A stretch of DNA of 64,000 bases from Leucoraja erinacea (Eukaryota): NCBI RefSeq assembly GCF_028641065.1, contig NC_073391.1:43028001-43092000 (forward strand), written 5' to 3'. Made by a program: the position numbers and the translations under genes. Shown here one piece after another: positions 23,915-36,486 of the stretch (within the stretch, counting starts at the first letter, position 1; every line of letters begins with the position of its first letter). Under the pieces are notes generated by a model, which saw only the letters and a program-made list of their open reading frames with translations, searched no databases and had not been told where the DNA came from.

Positions 23915-25906
23915 TCTTCCCACTCACCCAACCTATCCACGTCACCTGCATCCTCATAACATCCTCTTCACAGTTCACGCTGCCGTCCAGCTTTGTGTCA
24001 TCTGCAAATTTGCTAATGTTACTTTTAATTCCTTCATCTAAATCATTAATATATATTGTGAATAGCTGCGGTCCCAGCACCGAGTCTTGAGGCATCGCAC
24101 TAGTCACTATCTGCCATTCTGAAAGGGAACTGTTAATTCCTACTCTTTGTTTCCTGTCTGCAACCAATTTCTATCCATGTCAATACCCTATCCCCAACAC
24201 CATGTGCTCTGATTTTGCCCACTGTGTGGGACCTTACCAAAGGCTTTCTGAAAGTCCAGGTACACTACATCCACTGGCTCTCCCTTATCCATGTTACTGT
24301 CAACCTGAACTTAGTTGTGAGGGATAACATTCATTTCTTATCTTTCATTTTTGAATGACAAATAATTGCAATTCAATTCAAAATGTACAGGTCTATTACC
24401 AAGAAGATCTTGGAACATTTCACATTGTTTGTCAATGCTCTGCATAGTCTACTCTTCTGCCTCACTTTCCCAAAGTTTACTTAAATTTAGAGCCTTGTTT
24501 TCTGACTCATCTTTCTCCCTCTTAACTAGTTTATCAAATACCATTCAACGGTGACTGCTAGCCAAGCGTTACTGCACCATTAACTAATTGACAAACTCAG
24601 ACTAATTATTCATTATTTTTGTTAGCTAAAGGACATATCGTTCCAGAAAAATTGAACACATTATTCAATGCACAACCAATGATCTATACAAATTTTCTAT
24701 TGTCCTCTTAAGCATTATTTCCCATTTGAAAATGTAGCATATCATTTGCTTTTGAAGGTTTGTATACCTGAACCCTGACATTTTATGCATTTTGTTTCTC
24801 CAAAATACCTCCAAAAATACATCATCGAGTTTTCGAGAGCGGGGAGAGTGGGCGGAGAGGGGAGAGCGGGGGAGGGGAGAGCAGCAGAGAGGCACAGAGC
24901 CAGAGAGGCAAATAAAATAACATGGAATAATAAAATAACGTGACTTTCCCTGAGCCCGTGCTCACGGTCCGGTAGCCCTGACAGTGAGTTTAAGAAATTC
25001 TCCCTTTAATTTTATTCAAAGGAACACGGTGTTTAAACACAATTACATTTACTGAGGAATGTGGATCAATGTAACAATGACACATTGTATAACTACCGTT
25101 AACTGCTGGCTGTTAACAAGTGCTAACAGTGGCAGTTAACAAATCGTTTTCATCTGAGTTGAATGAAGTGAGAAACGGCTCGAATCTTTCTGCAGTGCTC
25201 AGTAAACCTGAGTAGGAAGTTGAAAACTAGGGGAACGCCGTACCCCTGCGTACCCCCCCATTTCCATCACTGGTCACGGGCGTGCAGGATAGAACTGGTG
25301 TATGGTAGATTGCTGTTCAGTGTGGACATGCTGGGCCGAAGGGCCTGTTTCCATATATATGTTTTACATGCAGAACTTAATTTCATTGATTTTGTTTTGT
25401 TTCTACAGTCAAAGAGTAAGGTTGATTAATTTATTTGTGCAGAACAGTGATGGAAGTCCGACAACTCTTGCCTTGTTTCTATAGTTTTTTTCTCTATATC
25501 TTTGCATAACAGCGTGAATTATAATCTGATTTCCATACATGAATATACTAAGGTCATTCATGTGCTGCACCTGTTGATCGGAGCCTGGTTCGACTGCGGA
25601 ATGTAATTAGGAAAGTAATTTAGCTTAACCTTATTCATACCTAATCCAATTTAAAGCGTAAATGTTGCATTCAAATGTAAGTTAAAAGACTCGCTACAGT
25701 ATTCACCAATTGCCTGATAACAGCTTGGAAGGAACTGTCCCTGAATCTGGAGGTGTGCGTTTTCACACTTCTGTGCCTCTTGCCCGTTGGGTGAGGGTAG
25801 GAGAGGGAGTGACCAGGGTGCGACTCATCCTTGATTATGCCTGACCCACTGAGCTACTCCAGCTTTTTGTGTGTTGTCCCATTGATCACCTTGTGCTCTC
25901 TTGCAG

Positions 25907-27341
25907 CGACACACTGAGGGAGTCCTTGTTGGTGAAGCTCGGCCAGCTTCAGTGCCACTTCACGTGGGGCCCACTGATGTACGACAGTGACCTGGACGAT
26001 GTGAAGCAGAGGTTGCAGGATTCGATTATCATCGGCGGGAATCACCAAGGCGTGCCGCACAACCAGCTGGCTTACATCAACTACCTGCAGGGCAACTACG
26101 AAGAAGCTCTCCGTGACTTAGAGGAGGCGGAGAGACGTCTGAGGGAGATCCACGGGGATGGATTTGAGAGGAGGAGCATCGTCACCCATGGCAACCGGGC
26201 CTGGTTGCATTACCACATGGGGCAACTCAGTGAGGCCCAGTCTTACCTCGACAAGCTGGAGGTGGTGTGTGGCCCCCTCACAAAGGGCCCGCACGTCACG
26301 GCAATGGTGCTTGAGGTGTTGGGGGAGAAGGGGTGGTCTTTGCTGAGCTCCCGCTCTCAGTGCTACGAGGAGGCGAAGGAATGTTTCGCCAAGACTCTGG
26401 AGGAAGATCCCGACAACACGGAGTGGAACATGGGCTACGCCACCGCTCTGTACCGTCTGGAATTATTTTCCGCGATCCCGGAAAACCCCGAAGTGAGTCA
26501 GTCGGTGAGACAGCTGAGACGGGTGCTGGAGCTCGATCCGGGTGAATCTGTGGCCAGGGTGATGCTGGCCCTCAGGCTCCAAGAGTTCCAGCAAAAGGCA
26601 GAAGCGAATGAATTGGTTGAAGAAGCGTTGCGGACAAGCCCAGATTCTCCATTTGTGCTCCGCTATGCAGCAAAGTTTTACAGAACAGAGCGCAATGTTG
26701 ATAAAGCGATAGAGATGTTGAAGAAAGCCTTAGAATTCACTCCGCTCTCTTCCTTCTTGCACCATCAAATGGGCATGTGTTACAGAGAAAAGCTAATGGC
26801 TCTACGTAAAAATCAAGGCATTGGAGACCCAGGTGTGGAGGCTGAGTTGATCGGCCATTGCAAGCACCATTTTGGAACGGCATTTCAACTGAAGCCATCG
26901 TTTATTCTTGCACAGCTGGATTTTGCCAGCATCTGCTTAATGAATGGTGAATCAGACAGGGCGGTGAAGATATACAACGACCTCCGGAGTTTAGAGGATG
27001 TTACTCCAGATAATAAGCAGGCAATAGAGTTACAGCTTGGATTATATGAACTGTATCACACCAAATCTGAATCAAACGCCATCCACTATTTTATGGAAGG
27101 CCTTAAAATCCAGCGCGGCACGAAATATTGGAAAACTTGTTACACTAAGTTGGAGCAGATTGCAGGAAGGCAAATTACCAGGAACCCGTACAACAGCAGA
27201 GCCTGGGGTATCCTGGGGTTTCTTCACCGAGAAGCCGGGAAGAATTCTGAAGCTGTTGAATGCTATGAAAAGGCCTTGCGGTGGGATCGTGGCAACGAAG
27301 AATATCTCAGCGCTCTTCGTGAATTGCGCCTTTCTACTTAG
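25907..27341 (+). CDS. IFIT5-like: IFIT copy B exon 2; interferon-induced tetratricopeptide repeat protein, 479 aa after splicing (MSDTLRESLL...ELRLST)
   Basis: Acceptor cttgtgctctcttgcag|c. Open ORF with CHFTW, GEKGW, LYRLE, VLRYAAKFYR, FLHHQMG and C-terminal YEKAL motifs. 5+1435 nt = 480 codons including the stop. Confidence 0.93.
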
Positions 27342-27758
27342 GCAGGCGATACCAGGACCAGGAGGTAAGGGCGAGAAAGGTCCTTCCTCAACCATTCCTC
27401 ACTAGAACATAGAACGTAACACAGTACAGCGCAGGAACAGGCCCTTCGGCCCACGGTGTCTGTGCAGAACACGATGCCAAGACCAAATCCTATCTGCCAC
27501 CATTCCCTGTATATCCATCGGCCAATCCAAAAGTCTGTCAAATGCCACGATCGTGCCTCAACCACCACTCATGGCAGCAAGGTCCGGGCGCACACAGCCC
27601 TCTGTGTAAAAAAACACCCCACGCACATCTCCTGTAGCTAATACCCTCTAGTCCAGGCACCTCCTCTGCACCCTTTCCAAAGCCTCCACATCCTTACAGC
27701 AATGGGGCGCCCTGAACTACATGTGATACTCCAAATGATCTCCAAATTACCAAAGTCC

Positions 27759-27764
27759 AATAAA
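27759..27764 (+). terminator. Candidate polyadenylation signal of copy B (AATAAA)
   Basis: AATAAA ~420 nt after the stop. Mirrored in D at 56758-56763; reads GATAAA in A and C. Confidence 0.35.
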
Positions 27765-29207
27765 GCTGCATCGTGACACTATGACATACTCAATACATGG
27801 ACCTATGAAGGCAAGCATAGTATACGGTGACAGACACAAAAAACTGGAGTAATTCAGCGGGTCAGGCAGCATCTCTGGGGAAAAGGAATAGGTGACATTT
27901 CAGGACCAAGACCCTTCTTCAGACCCCAAACGTCACCTATTCCTTCTCTCCAGAGATGCTGCCTGACCCGCTGAGTCACCCCAGACTTTTGTGTCTATCC
28001 TCGGTGTAAACCAGCATCTGCATTTTCCTTCCTCATCTTACCGTACGCCTTCTTCACCACTCGATCTACTTGTGCGGCCACTTTCAGGGCGTTGTAGAGT
28101 TGGATGCCATGATTATTACACAGTCTGACCAAGCTTGTGTGCGGTGCCTTAATGGAGACACTTGAATTGACATTTTGTTGATGATCTTCTGCAGGTTTGG
28201 TGCCCGTTTTTCTGACTGATCTACAGTGATCCCATCTCTCAACAAACCTTCACATTCAACCAGAGGTGGATCAGAGCTGCGTTGAGGAGGATGTGACGCC
28301 ATTTCACGTGCGTCCGATGCGGTGGTCAGAATAGATGCACCAGCAGTGATTTCCCAGCCCGTTACTCAATGGTCACAAATTCACCTGGACGTTAATTGTT
28401 TGTCCACTAAATTCTGGAGTTAAAAGTTTAGGATTAAGTTTATTGTTGTCACGTGTACTAAGATACACTGAAAAGTTTTGTTTTGCTTCCTATCCAAACA
28501 GACCAGAGAATACTGTACATAAGTACAGACGTTAAACTCAAGTACAATAGATAGAGCAAAGGGGAGATTAGTTCAGTTTAGTTCATGGTCACGTGTACCA
28601 AGGTGCATTGAAAAGCTTTTGTTGCGTGCTAACCAGTCAGCGGAAAGACAATACATGATTACAATCGAGGCGTCCACAGTGTAAGAAATGTTGCTGCAGG
28701 ACTAGAGATTGTAATATGTGATTGTAGATCTGCTTCTGTGGTTAGCACGCAAATAATCGCCTGGGTTCGACACCATCTTTCTACACAAAGTGTAAAATAC
28801 AGAGTGCAAAACTATAAATGATGGGGTGAGAACTAATTGTTGTGTAAGAAGCATCATAGATGAGGTGCCATTTGATTTAGTTTGCAGGATACACTCCTGC
28901 ATTTAAGAGTTCCAACATATGCAATATGTTAGTTTAATTTCCGTTTAATGCTTTATGACCATTTGGGCACCTTTTTCTGGTCAATATTTTTAGTTTAGTT
29001 TAGCGATACAGAGCAGTAACAGGTCCTTCGGCCCACCGAGTCCGAGCCGACTAGCAATCCCCGCACACTAACGGTATTTACACACACTGGGGACTATTTA
29101 CATTTATACTAAGCCAATTAACCTACAAACCTGTAAGTCTTTAGAGTGTGGGAGGAGACCAGTGCACCCGGGGAAAAACCCACGCTGTCGCGGGGAGAAC
29201 GTACTAA

Positions 29208-29433
29208 TGCCCCTGTCCCACTTAGGAAACCTGTACAGAAACCTCTGGAGACTTTGCGCCCCACCCAAGGTTTCCGTGCAGTTCCCGGAGGTTTTTGTCA
29301 GTCTCCCGATCTGCTCCCACTACCTGCAACCTCCGGCAACCACCAGCAACCTGCGGGAACCGCACGGAAAGATTGGGTGGGGCGCAAAGTCTCTAGAGGT
29401 TTCCGTTCAGGTTTCCTAAGTGGGACAGGGGCA
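29208..29433. mobile_element. PIF/Harbinger-type palindromic MITE
   Basis: TIR TGCCCCTGTCCCACTTAGGAAACCTG; TAA TSD on both sides; 226 bp; inserted in a V-SINE. Confidence 0.85.
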
Positions 29434-31710
29434 TAACTCCTTCCAGACAGCACCAGTAATCGCGATCGAACCCGGGTCTCTGGCACTGTAAGTCAGTAAC
29501 TCTACCGCTGCGCCACCATTTCTGATCAATATTGTACAACATGCCGTAATATCAGAGCTAAAGCATTAAAATAATAAATAAAGCAGTAATAAAATGCAAC
29601 AACTTTGGTGCATCATTCCACATCAATGCTGGAGGCTTAGTCGTATTCTTGGTCCACTCTACGGTGAACTGTGTCAGCTCAAAAACATTCAAGTCTAAAG
29701 TCTAAAACCTGCACTCCAGCCTTTAGCGCTGATAATAATGTTTACCCTATTTCAGTGGTATTTTCATGTGTTGCAGTGAAATTAGATTTTTGAATACATG
29801 AGGTGCAGTGAGATTCTAATTTTGCATACAGCCCAGCAAAGTATTACTATATTTAAGTACAAAGTGTACAGAAATAGACCACTGAGACCAAACACCAGAG
29901 TTCGCCAGGTTTTGGCTCCATTTTCAAAGTCCTAGTAGCTTTCTGTGCAGTGGAGAGTGGGAGGGAGACACAGGGAGATTGTTGGGAGTCTGTGAGGCAC
30001 AGGAGAGGGGGAAGGGGGGAAGAAAGTTGTGGAGGTTGCGTGGGGGTGGGGGAGGATTCATAGAGTTACCTAAAGTTGGACAAGTTATTGTTCGTACCAT
30101 TACTTTTGTAAGTTACCCAAGTGGAATATGAGGTTCTCTTCCTCCAGTTTGCTTGTGCTCTCACTGTGGCAATGGGGGAGGTTCATGGCAGAAAGGTCAG
30201 TGTGGGAATGGGGAGGGGAGTTAAATCAATTAGTAACCAGAGATCCAGTCGGCCTTGGCAGACCAAGCGTACGTTTAGTTTAGTTCAGTTTAGAGCTACA
30301 GCACCGAAACAGGCCCTTCGGCCCACCGAGTCCACGCGGACAAGCGGTCCCAACGCACTAACACTATCCTACACACATATTAGGGACAATTTACATTTTT
30401 ACTGAAGCCAATTAACCTACAACCTGTACGTCTTTGGAGTGTGGGAGGAAACTGGAGCAACCGGAGAAAACCCACACAGGTCTCGAGGAGAACGTACAAA
30501 CTCCGTACAGAGAGCACGCGTGGTCAGGATCGAACCTGGATCTCTGGCATTGTGAGGCAGCAACTCTACCGCTGCACCACCGTGCCGCTTCAGCAAAAAA
30601 CATGGATCAGACTTGATGGAATGGCGGAGACTTGATGGGCCGAATGGCCTAATTCTACTCCTAGAACTTATGTAGATGGTCACCGAGTCTCCGCTTGGTC
30701 TCGCCGATGTACAGGAGCCCACAGTGGGAACTCCAGATGCAATAGGTTTCCCACACGACAGACATACAGGTTTGTAGGTTCATTGGCTTTGGTAAAATTG
30801 TAAATTGTCCCTAGTGTGTGTTGGATAGTGCTGGTGTACGGGGATTGCTGGTCGTCACGGACTCGGTGGGCCGAAGAGCCTGTTTCTGCACTGTATCTCC
30901 AAAGTCATGGGCAACAGCGGTCCAGTGAGCAGCTCGAGGAAGGAGAGGGTAGAGAAGAGTATTTAGGTTAAAAAAGGAGGCATGAAATTTCCTTGGAAGG
31001 AAAAATGAGTTAGAAGCCAATGATGTTCCATGAGATTACTAATAGCATGAGGGTGACCAGGGGAGTCATCTCTGGTTGGAAGCAGGGGGTGAGGATGGGG
31101 CCTTAGGTCCAGAGAAGCAGCGTGGAAACAGGCCCTTCGGCCCATCGATACCATGGAGACCACCGATCGTTCAATGTCATCCCACTTTCACATTATCTAC
31201 ACATTTGGGGAATTTACAGAAGCCAATTAACCTACAAATCTGCTCGTTGTTGGAATGTGGGATGAACCCGGAGGAAAGCCATGCGGTCACAGGGAGAACA
31301 TGCAAACTCCACACGGACAGCCCCCAGAGTCAGGGTCGAACCCAGGCCTCTGGTGCTGTAAGGCAGCAGCTCCACCCGCTGTGCCACCGTGCCGCCCGAG
31401 AGAGGAATCTGCACTCTAAGTATTTCCCTTTTCCACCTCCTCATCTCCTCCCACCTTCGAAACGCTCCTTCGTTTAGCAGTTTTGCTAAATTGAGGGAGT
31501 GCAGCGTAGGTTCACCAGGTTAATTCCCAGGATGGCAGGACGGACATCTGATGAAAGAACAGGTCGACTGGGCTTAAATTCACTGGAATTTAGAAGGATG
31601 AGAGGGGATCTTATAGAAACATATAAGATTCTTAAGGGATTGGACAGGCTAGATGGAGGTGAAATGTTTGATCGATGTTCAGGGAGTCTAGAACCAGAGG
31701 TCACAGTTTA

Positions 31711-34700
31711 AGCCCAGAGACGTTAGGTTAGATGAACTAGGTACCAATGTCTGACTATGGGAGTGTGTAGGGGGTCACCTGAAATGAACGGAATTGGGAG
31801 TCTGCCGGGCATCACCCGCTGTGTGAAGACCTGGGGGACCCCCCCAAGGGGCCAAAAAATAGGTGTTAAATAGATGAGTGAGGAACCACTTAAATCCACG
31901 ACCATGGTGTGCTCACTGCCACGCCTATATCAGCAACACTTATGGCAGAAATGTTTCCTGCTGCAAAATGCCCGCCAGACCCCCCCACAAAGGGCTTTAA
32001 AAAATGGGCTAGCATATAGACGAGCAAGGTACCACTCACAAATAATGCTGAATGAACAAGTTGAGTTCATAGAGTACAAAATGGGTTACGCCAGACAAAT
32101 AGTCCGCTGCGCTACAGGTACCAGACACCCCAAACATGGACACCCGAGACCCTGCTGTCCAACTAGGCTAGCCTAGATATTGTGGGTATCAGTTAAAACC
32201 AAGTTTAAATGATCTACCACACCTTGGGGGATATAAAATGACAGATGACAGAACAATTATCCGTTACCTTGGGTCTACCAGACCCCTTAAATGGACCCTT
32301 GGGCCCATCTAGTCTAGCCTAGATATTAAAGGTAATGGCTAAAACCAGGTTGAGATGATCAATCACAGCCTAGGAAATACAAAATCACCCATGCCAGAAT
32401 AATAATCCATCGCCTTGGTCTTACCAGACTCCCCAAATAGTCCCTTAATTGCCCAACTGGGGGAGGGGGGGGTCTATAAGATCCCCCTCATCCTTCTAAA
32501 CTCCAGTGATAACAAGCCTAGTCTTTTCAATCTTTCCTCATATGACAGTCCCGCCATCCCAGGGATCAGTCTCGAGAACCTACGCTGCACTGCCTCAATC
32601 ACAAGGATGTCCTTCCTCAAATTAGGAGACCAAAACTGGACACAATACTCCAGATGTGGTCTCACATGAGCCCTCTACAACTGCAGAAGAACCTCTTTAC
32701 TCCTATACTGAAATCCTCTTGTTATGAAGGCCAACATTCCATTAGTTTTCTTCACTGCCTGCTGTACCTGCAAGCCAACTTTCAGTGACCGGTGTACAAG
32801 GACGCCCAGGTCTCGCTGTGCCTCCCACTTACCTAACCTAACCCCATTGAGATAATAATTGGTAACGGCCCTGCTGTTCCTTTGGATCGATCAGCGACAT
32901 GGAGAGGGGGGATGTGTTGCATGGGCAACGACATATGACATCGCCCAGGCTTGCATCCGACCACACATCACCTGCATCACCCATGGTCACCCATAGCCTT
33001 CTGCTATCTTCTTGATCTGTGATATAAGGTAAGTAAATATTGCAAATGTTCCAAAATTCATACTTACAATTTTAAACACGAGACTGAATGTAATGAATCT
33101 AAAGTACAGAACAAGTATCTTCAAACTATTTGCTGACCATGCCACAGATGAAACATCCTAGAATGGCACAAATTGAGTCTGACAATAAACAACATTATTG
33201 AGTTTAATATTTTAAGCAGACACTCACTGCATCACTACTGATACTGCAATTATGTCCATACTATAGGAGGTCTGATACGGCTTTCTGTAGTTTTTCTTAA
33301 TGACGGGAGATGACTCTGCAAGCTTATCAAATTAACGTCCATCCCTATTTAACATAAATCACTATCAAATAACATAATATTCCACCTTAAATTGTACTTA
33401 GACCTTAGATAGTTTATGTTGTATTATTGATCGTTTAGTCTATTTTTCTAATTTCTTTCTTTCTTTTTTTCTATCTATAAATATAAATAAATAATTAGAG
33501 GCAATGTTAATAGGTAACTGATAAAGGAGGATCCCAGCTACTTTGGTAACTGGGTACCTGGAAATCTGGATAGTTAATATGTAACCGCTAAACAAAGTCT
33601 GTACCAGTTTGGATTATGATATGCAGTCATTGTGTACCTCTCTCAGGACGTGTGCTCTGGGCTTGGCATTGCCCCATGGCATTGGTTTTAATGTAAATTA
33701 TTAACTGAACACTATAACTGAATCATGCATGATTATCCCTGCATTATAACAGCAAACTATAATTATGTACCATAGTAAAACAACTTACCTCAAACAGCTG
33801 TAAACAGTGATTCTTTACTGCAAAAACTTCCATCCAATGCGATGTTGATGTATTTTTTGGCTGCAGCTAAGGAGAGCTTGTCACCACATTCAGCCAAATG
33901 GCCAAATATATAGAAAGACAAACAGGACACTCCAACAGTTTATACTGACTATTAGCCTCTTGTCCCTCTTTTCTCGTTGAAATGGGTTGTTGTGGAAATG
34001 GTCGATAAAGTGGTTAATTTTTTGACATGAGTCACTTTGTGTTCACTAGCCGAAGGTTGTCGTTGATCAGATAAACCTGGTTGAGCTCATATCTTTACTA
34101 TCTAGACTAGCCTATTTGAGCCCAAGGACTTATTAGGGAGGAGTCTGGTAAGGCCAAGGCAATGGATTATTAATCTGGCATGGGTCATTTTGTATTTCCT
34201 AGGCTGTGATTGATCATCTCAACCTGATTTTAGCCGGTACCTTTAATATCTAGGCTAACCTAGATTGGCCCAAAGGCCCATTTAGAGAGTGGGATAGGCC
34301 CAATGCAGCAGATCATTGTCCTGTCATAGGTCCATTTATATTCCCCAAGGTGTGGTAGATCATTTAAACTTTGTTTTAACTGGTACCCACAATATCTAGG
34401 CTAGCCTAGTTGGACAGCAGGGTCTCGGGTGTCCATGTTTGGGGTGTCTGGTACCTGTAGTGCAGCGGACTATTTGTCTGGCGTAAACCATTTTGTACTC
34501 TATGAACTCAACTTGTTCATTCAGCATTATTTGTGAGTGGTAACTTGCTCATCTATATGCTAGCCCATTTTTTAAACCCTGTGTGGGGGGGTCTGGCGGG
34601 CATTTTGCAGTGGGAAAAATGTCTGCCATTAGTGTTGTTGATATAGGCGTGGCAGTGAGCACACCATGGTCGTGGATTTAAGTGGTTCCTCACTCATCTA

Positions 34701-34857
34701 TTTAGCATCCATTTTTTGGCCCCCTGGGGGGTCCCCCAGGTCAACACTCAGCGGGTGGTACCCGGCACACCCATTTCCGTTCATTTCAGGTGACCCCCTA
34801 CACACTCCCACGGTCAGACATTGGTACCTAGATCGTCTAACCTAATGTCTCTGGGCT
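31711..34857. mobile_element. Non-autonomous foldback DNA element with ~740-bp terminal inverted repeats (superfamily unassigned)
   Basis: 31711-~32455 is the reverse complement of ~34110-34857 (AGCCCAGAGAC...GTCTCTGGGCT). It splits a CR1 fragment (ggtcacagttta | ...ataaggggtaggcc). AT-rich non-coding core; nested CR1 piece at 32474-32855. Confidence 0.8.
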
Positions 34858-36260
34858 GAAGGTCTATAAGGGGTAGGCCTTTTAGGACTGAGTTGAGGAA
34901 AAAACCATTCACCCAGTGAGTTGTGAATCTGTGGAATTCTCTGCCACAGAAGGCAGTGGAGGCCAATTCACTGGATGTTGTCAAGAGAGAGTCAGATTTA
35001 GCTCTTAGGGATAACGGAATCAAGGGATATGGGGAGCAAGCAGTAATGATTTTAGATGATCAGCCGTGATCACATTGAATGGCGATGCTGGCTCGAATGG
35101 CTGAATGACCTACTCCGGCAACTATTTTCTATGTTTCTAGTAGAGCTGCTGCTTTGGTCTTCGTTGATCAAGGGGAGGTGTGAGGAGGGAAGACTGTGAA
35201 CTAAATTGGGAAGAGCTACATGAAAATTGCAGCTTTGCAAATGGAGACGGAGCTCACGGAATGGAGGCGACCCACAGCGGCACAGAGCGGTTGAGCAGCG
35301 GTGGAGGACTCCTACACCTTCCCTTGGCCAGGCCCACCCTGCAACGTCGCCAGGACAACGGGCCTTCATGGCCAGCTGCACCTAAAGCAACTTGGACTTT
35401 GAAAACGGTGGCAAAACCACCGTTGGTCTGGGTGGGCTATTTCTATACACTTTGCACTTAATCCAGGATTGCAACTCTTCAACCCTGTCACACACCTTCC
35501 ACTTTTATCTCCAACCATCTGCCTACCTGTCCTTGTTCATCTGTTGCCGACCCCGTTTTATTCTGGCCTTTATTTACCATCGGTTCCCTGCACTATACTT
35601 CCAGTCTGAAGCAGGATTCTGACCCATAACGTCAGCCATCCTTTTTCTCCAGATGTGCTGCCTGACCTGCTGAGTTACTCCAGTACTTTGTGCCTACCTT
35701 TGGTGTCAACCAGCATCTGCAGTTCCTTTCTGCACATACCTATCAACGGCCCTGCTGCTCTTAAAGGAACTGGGACTTTGAAAAAATGGCGCCAAAACCC
35801 TGGCGACTCTTGTAAATGGTCTTAGTGGACTATTTCTGTACACTTTGTACTTAATCCAGGATTGGCCTTATATATACAGTAATACTTTGCTCAACTGTAT
35901 GCCAAAAAAAATGTTTTCACTGTACCTCGGTACACGTGACAATAAAGAACCATTGAACAAGCGCAAACTTTATTAACAGCGGCTCAAGGCGGAAGTGTCT
36001 ATCCTATCCTCCACACTAGTGACAATTTTACATCATACCGAAGCCAATTAACCCACAACCCTGTATGACTTTGGAGTGTGGGAGGAAACCAGAGCACCCG
36101 GAGAAAACCCACACGGTCACTGAGAGAACATACAAACTCCGTACAGTCAGCACCCCTAGTCAGGATCGAACCCAGGTCCCGGGCGCTGTGAGGCAGCAAA
36201 GCTACCGCTGCGCCACCGTGCCGCCTCTGGAATGCCCTGGAGCTGATACTGTTCACCTTA

Positions 36261-36486
36261 TGCCCCTGTCCCACTTAGGAAACCTGAACGGAAACCTCTG
36301 GAGACTTTGTGCCCCACCCAAGGTTTCCGTGGAGTTCCCGGAGGTTGCAGGTGGTTGCCGGAGGTTGCAGGTAGTGGAAGCAGGTAGGGAGACTGACAAA
36401 AACCTACGGGAACCGCACAGAAACCTTGGGTGTGGCGGAAAGTCTCCAGACGTTTCCGTTTAGGTTTCCTAAGTGGGACAGGGGCA
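36261..36486. mobile_element. PIF/Harbinger-type palindromic MITE (independent insertion, specific to C)
   Basis: Same TIR as 29208; flanked by TTA/TAA; empty site in A at ~18495 (ccacacTAAggtgaac). Confidence 0.85.

Larger units (their letters stand above)
20783..31050. repeat. Segmental duplication arm containing gene B; inverted copy at ~52862-63683 (gene D)
   Basis: Collinear reverse-complement identity of promoter, intron unique sequence (e.g. 24300-25700 vs 58810-60230) and 3' flank (28420-30270 vs 54270-56090; 30580-31050 vs 52862-53330), interrupted by copy-specific insertions and deletions. Confidence 0.9.

Noticed and set aside
25869-25906. ORF-track N-terminus MCCPIDHLVLSC on the four IFIT ORFs
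   Set aside because: It starts at GTG inside the intron's 3' end. The true start is the ATG in exon 1, spliced at tgcag|c.
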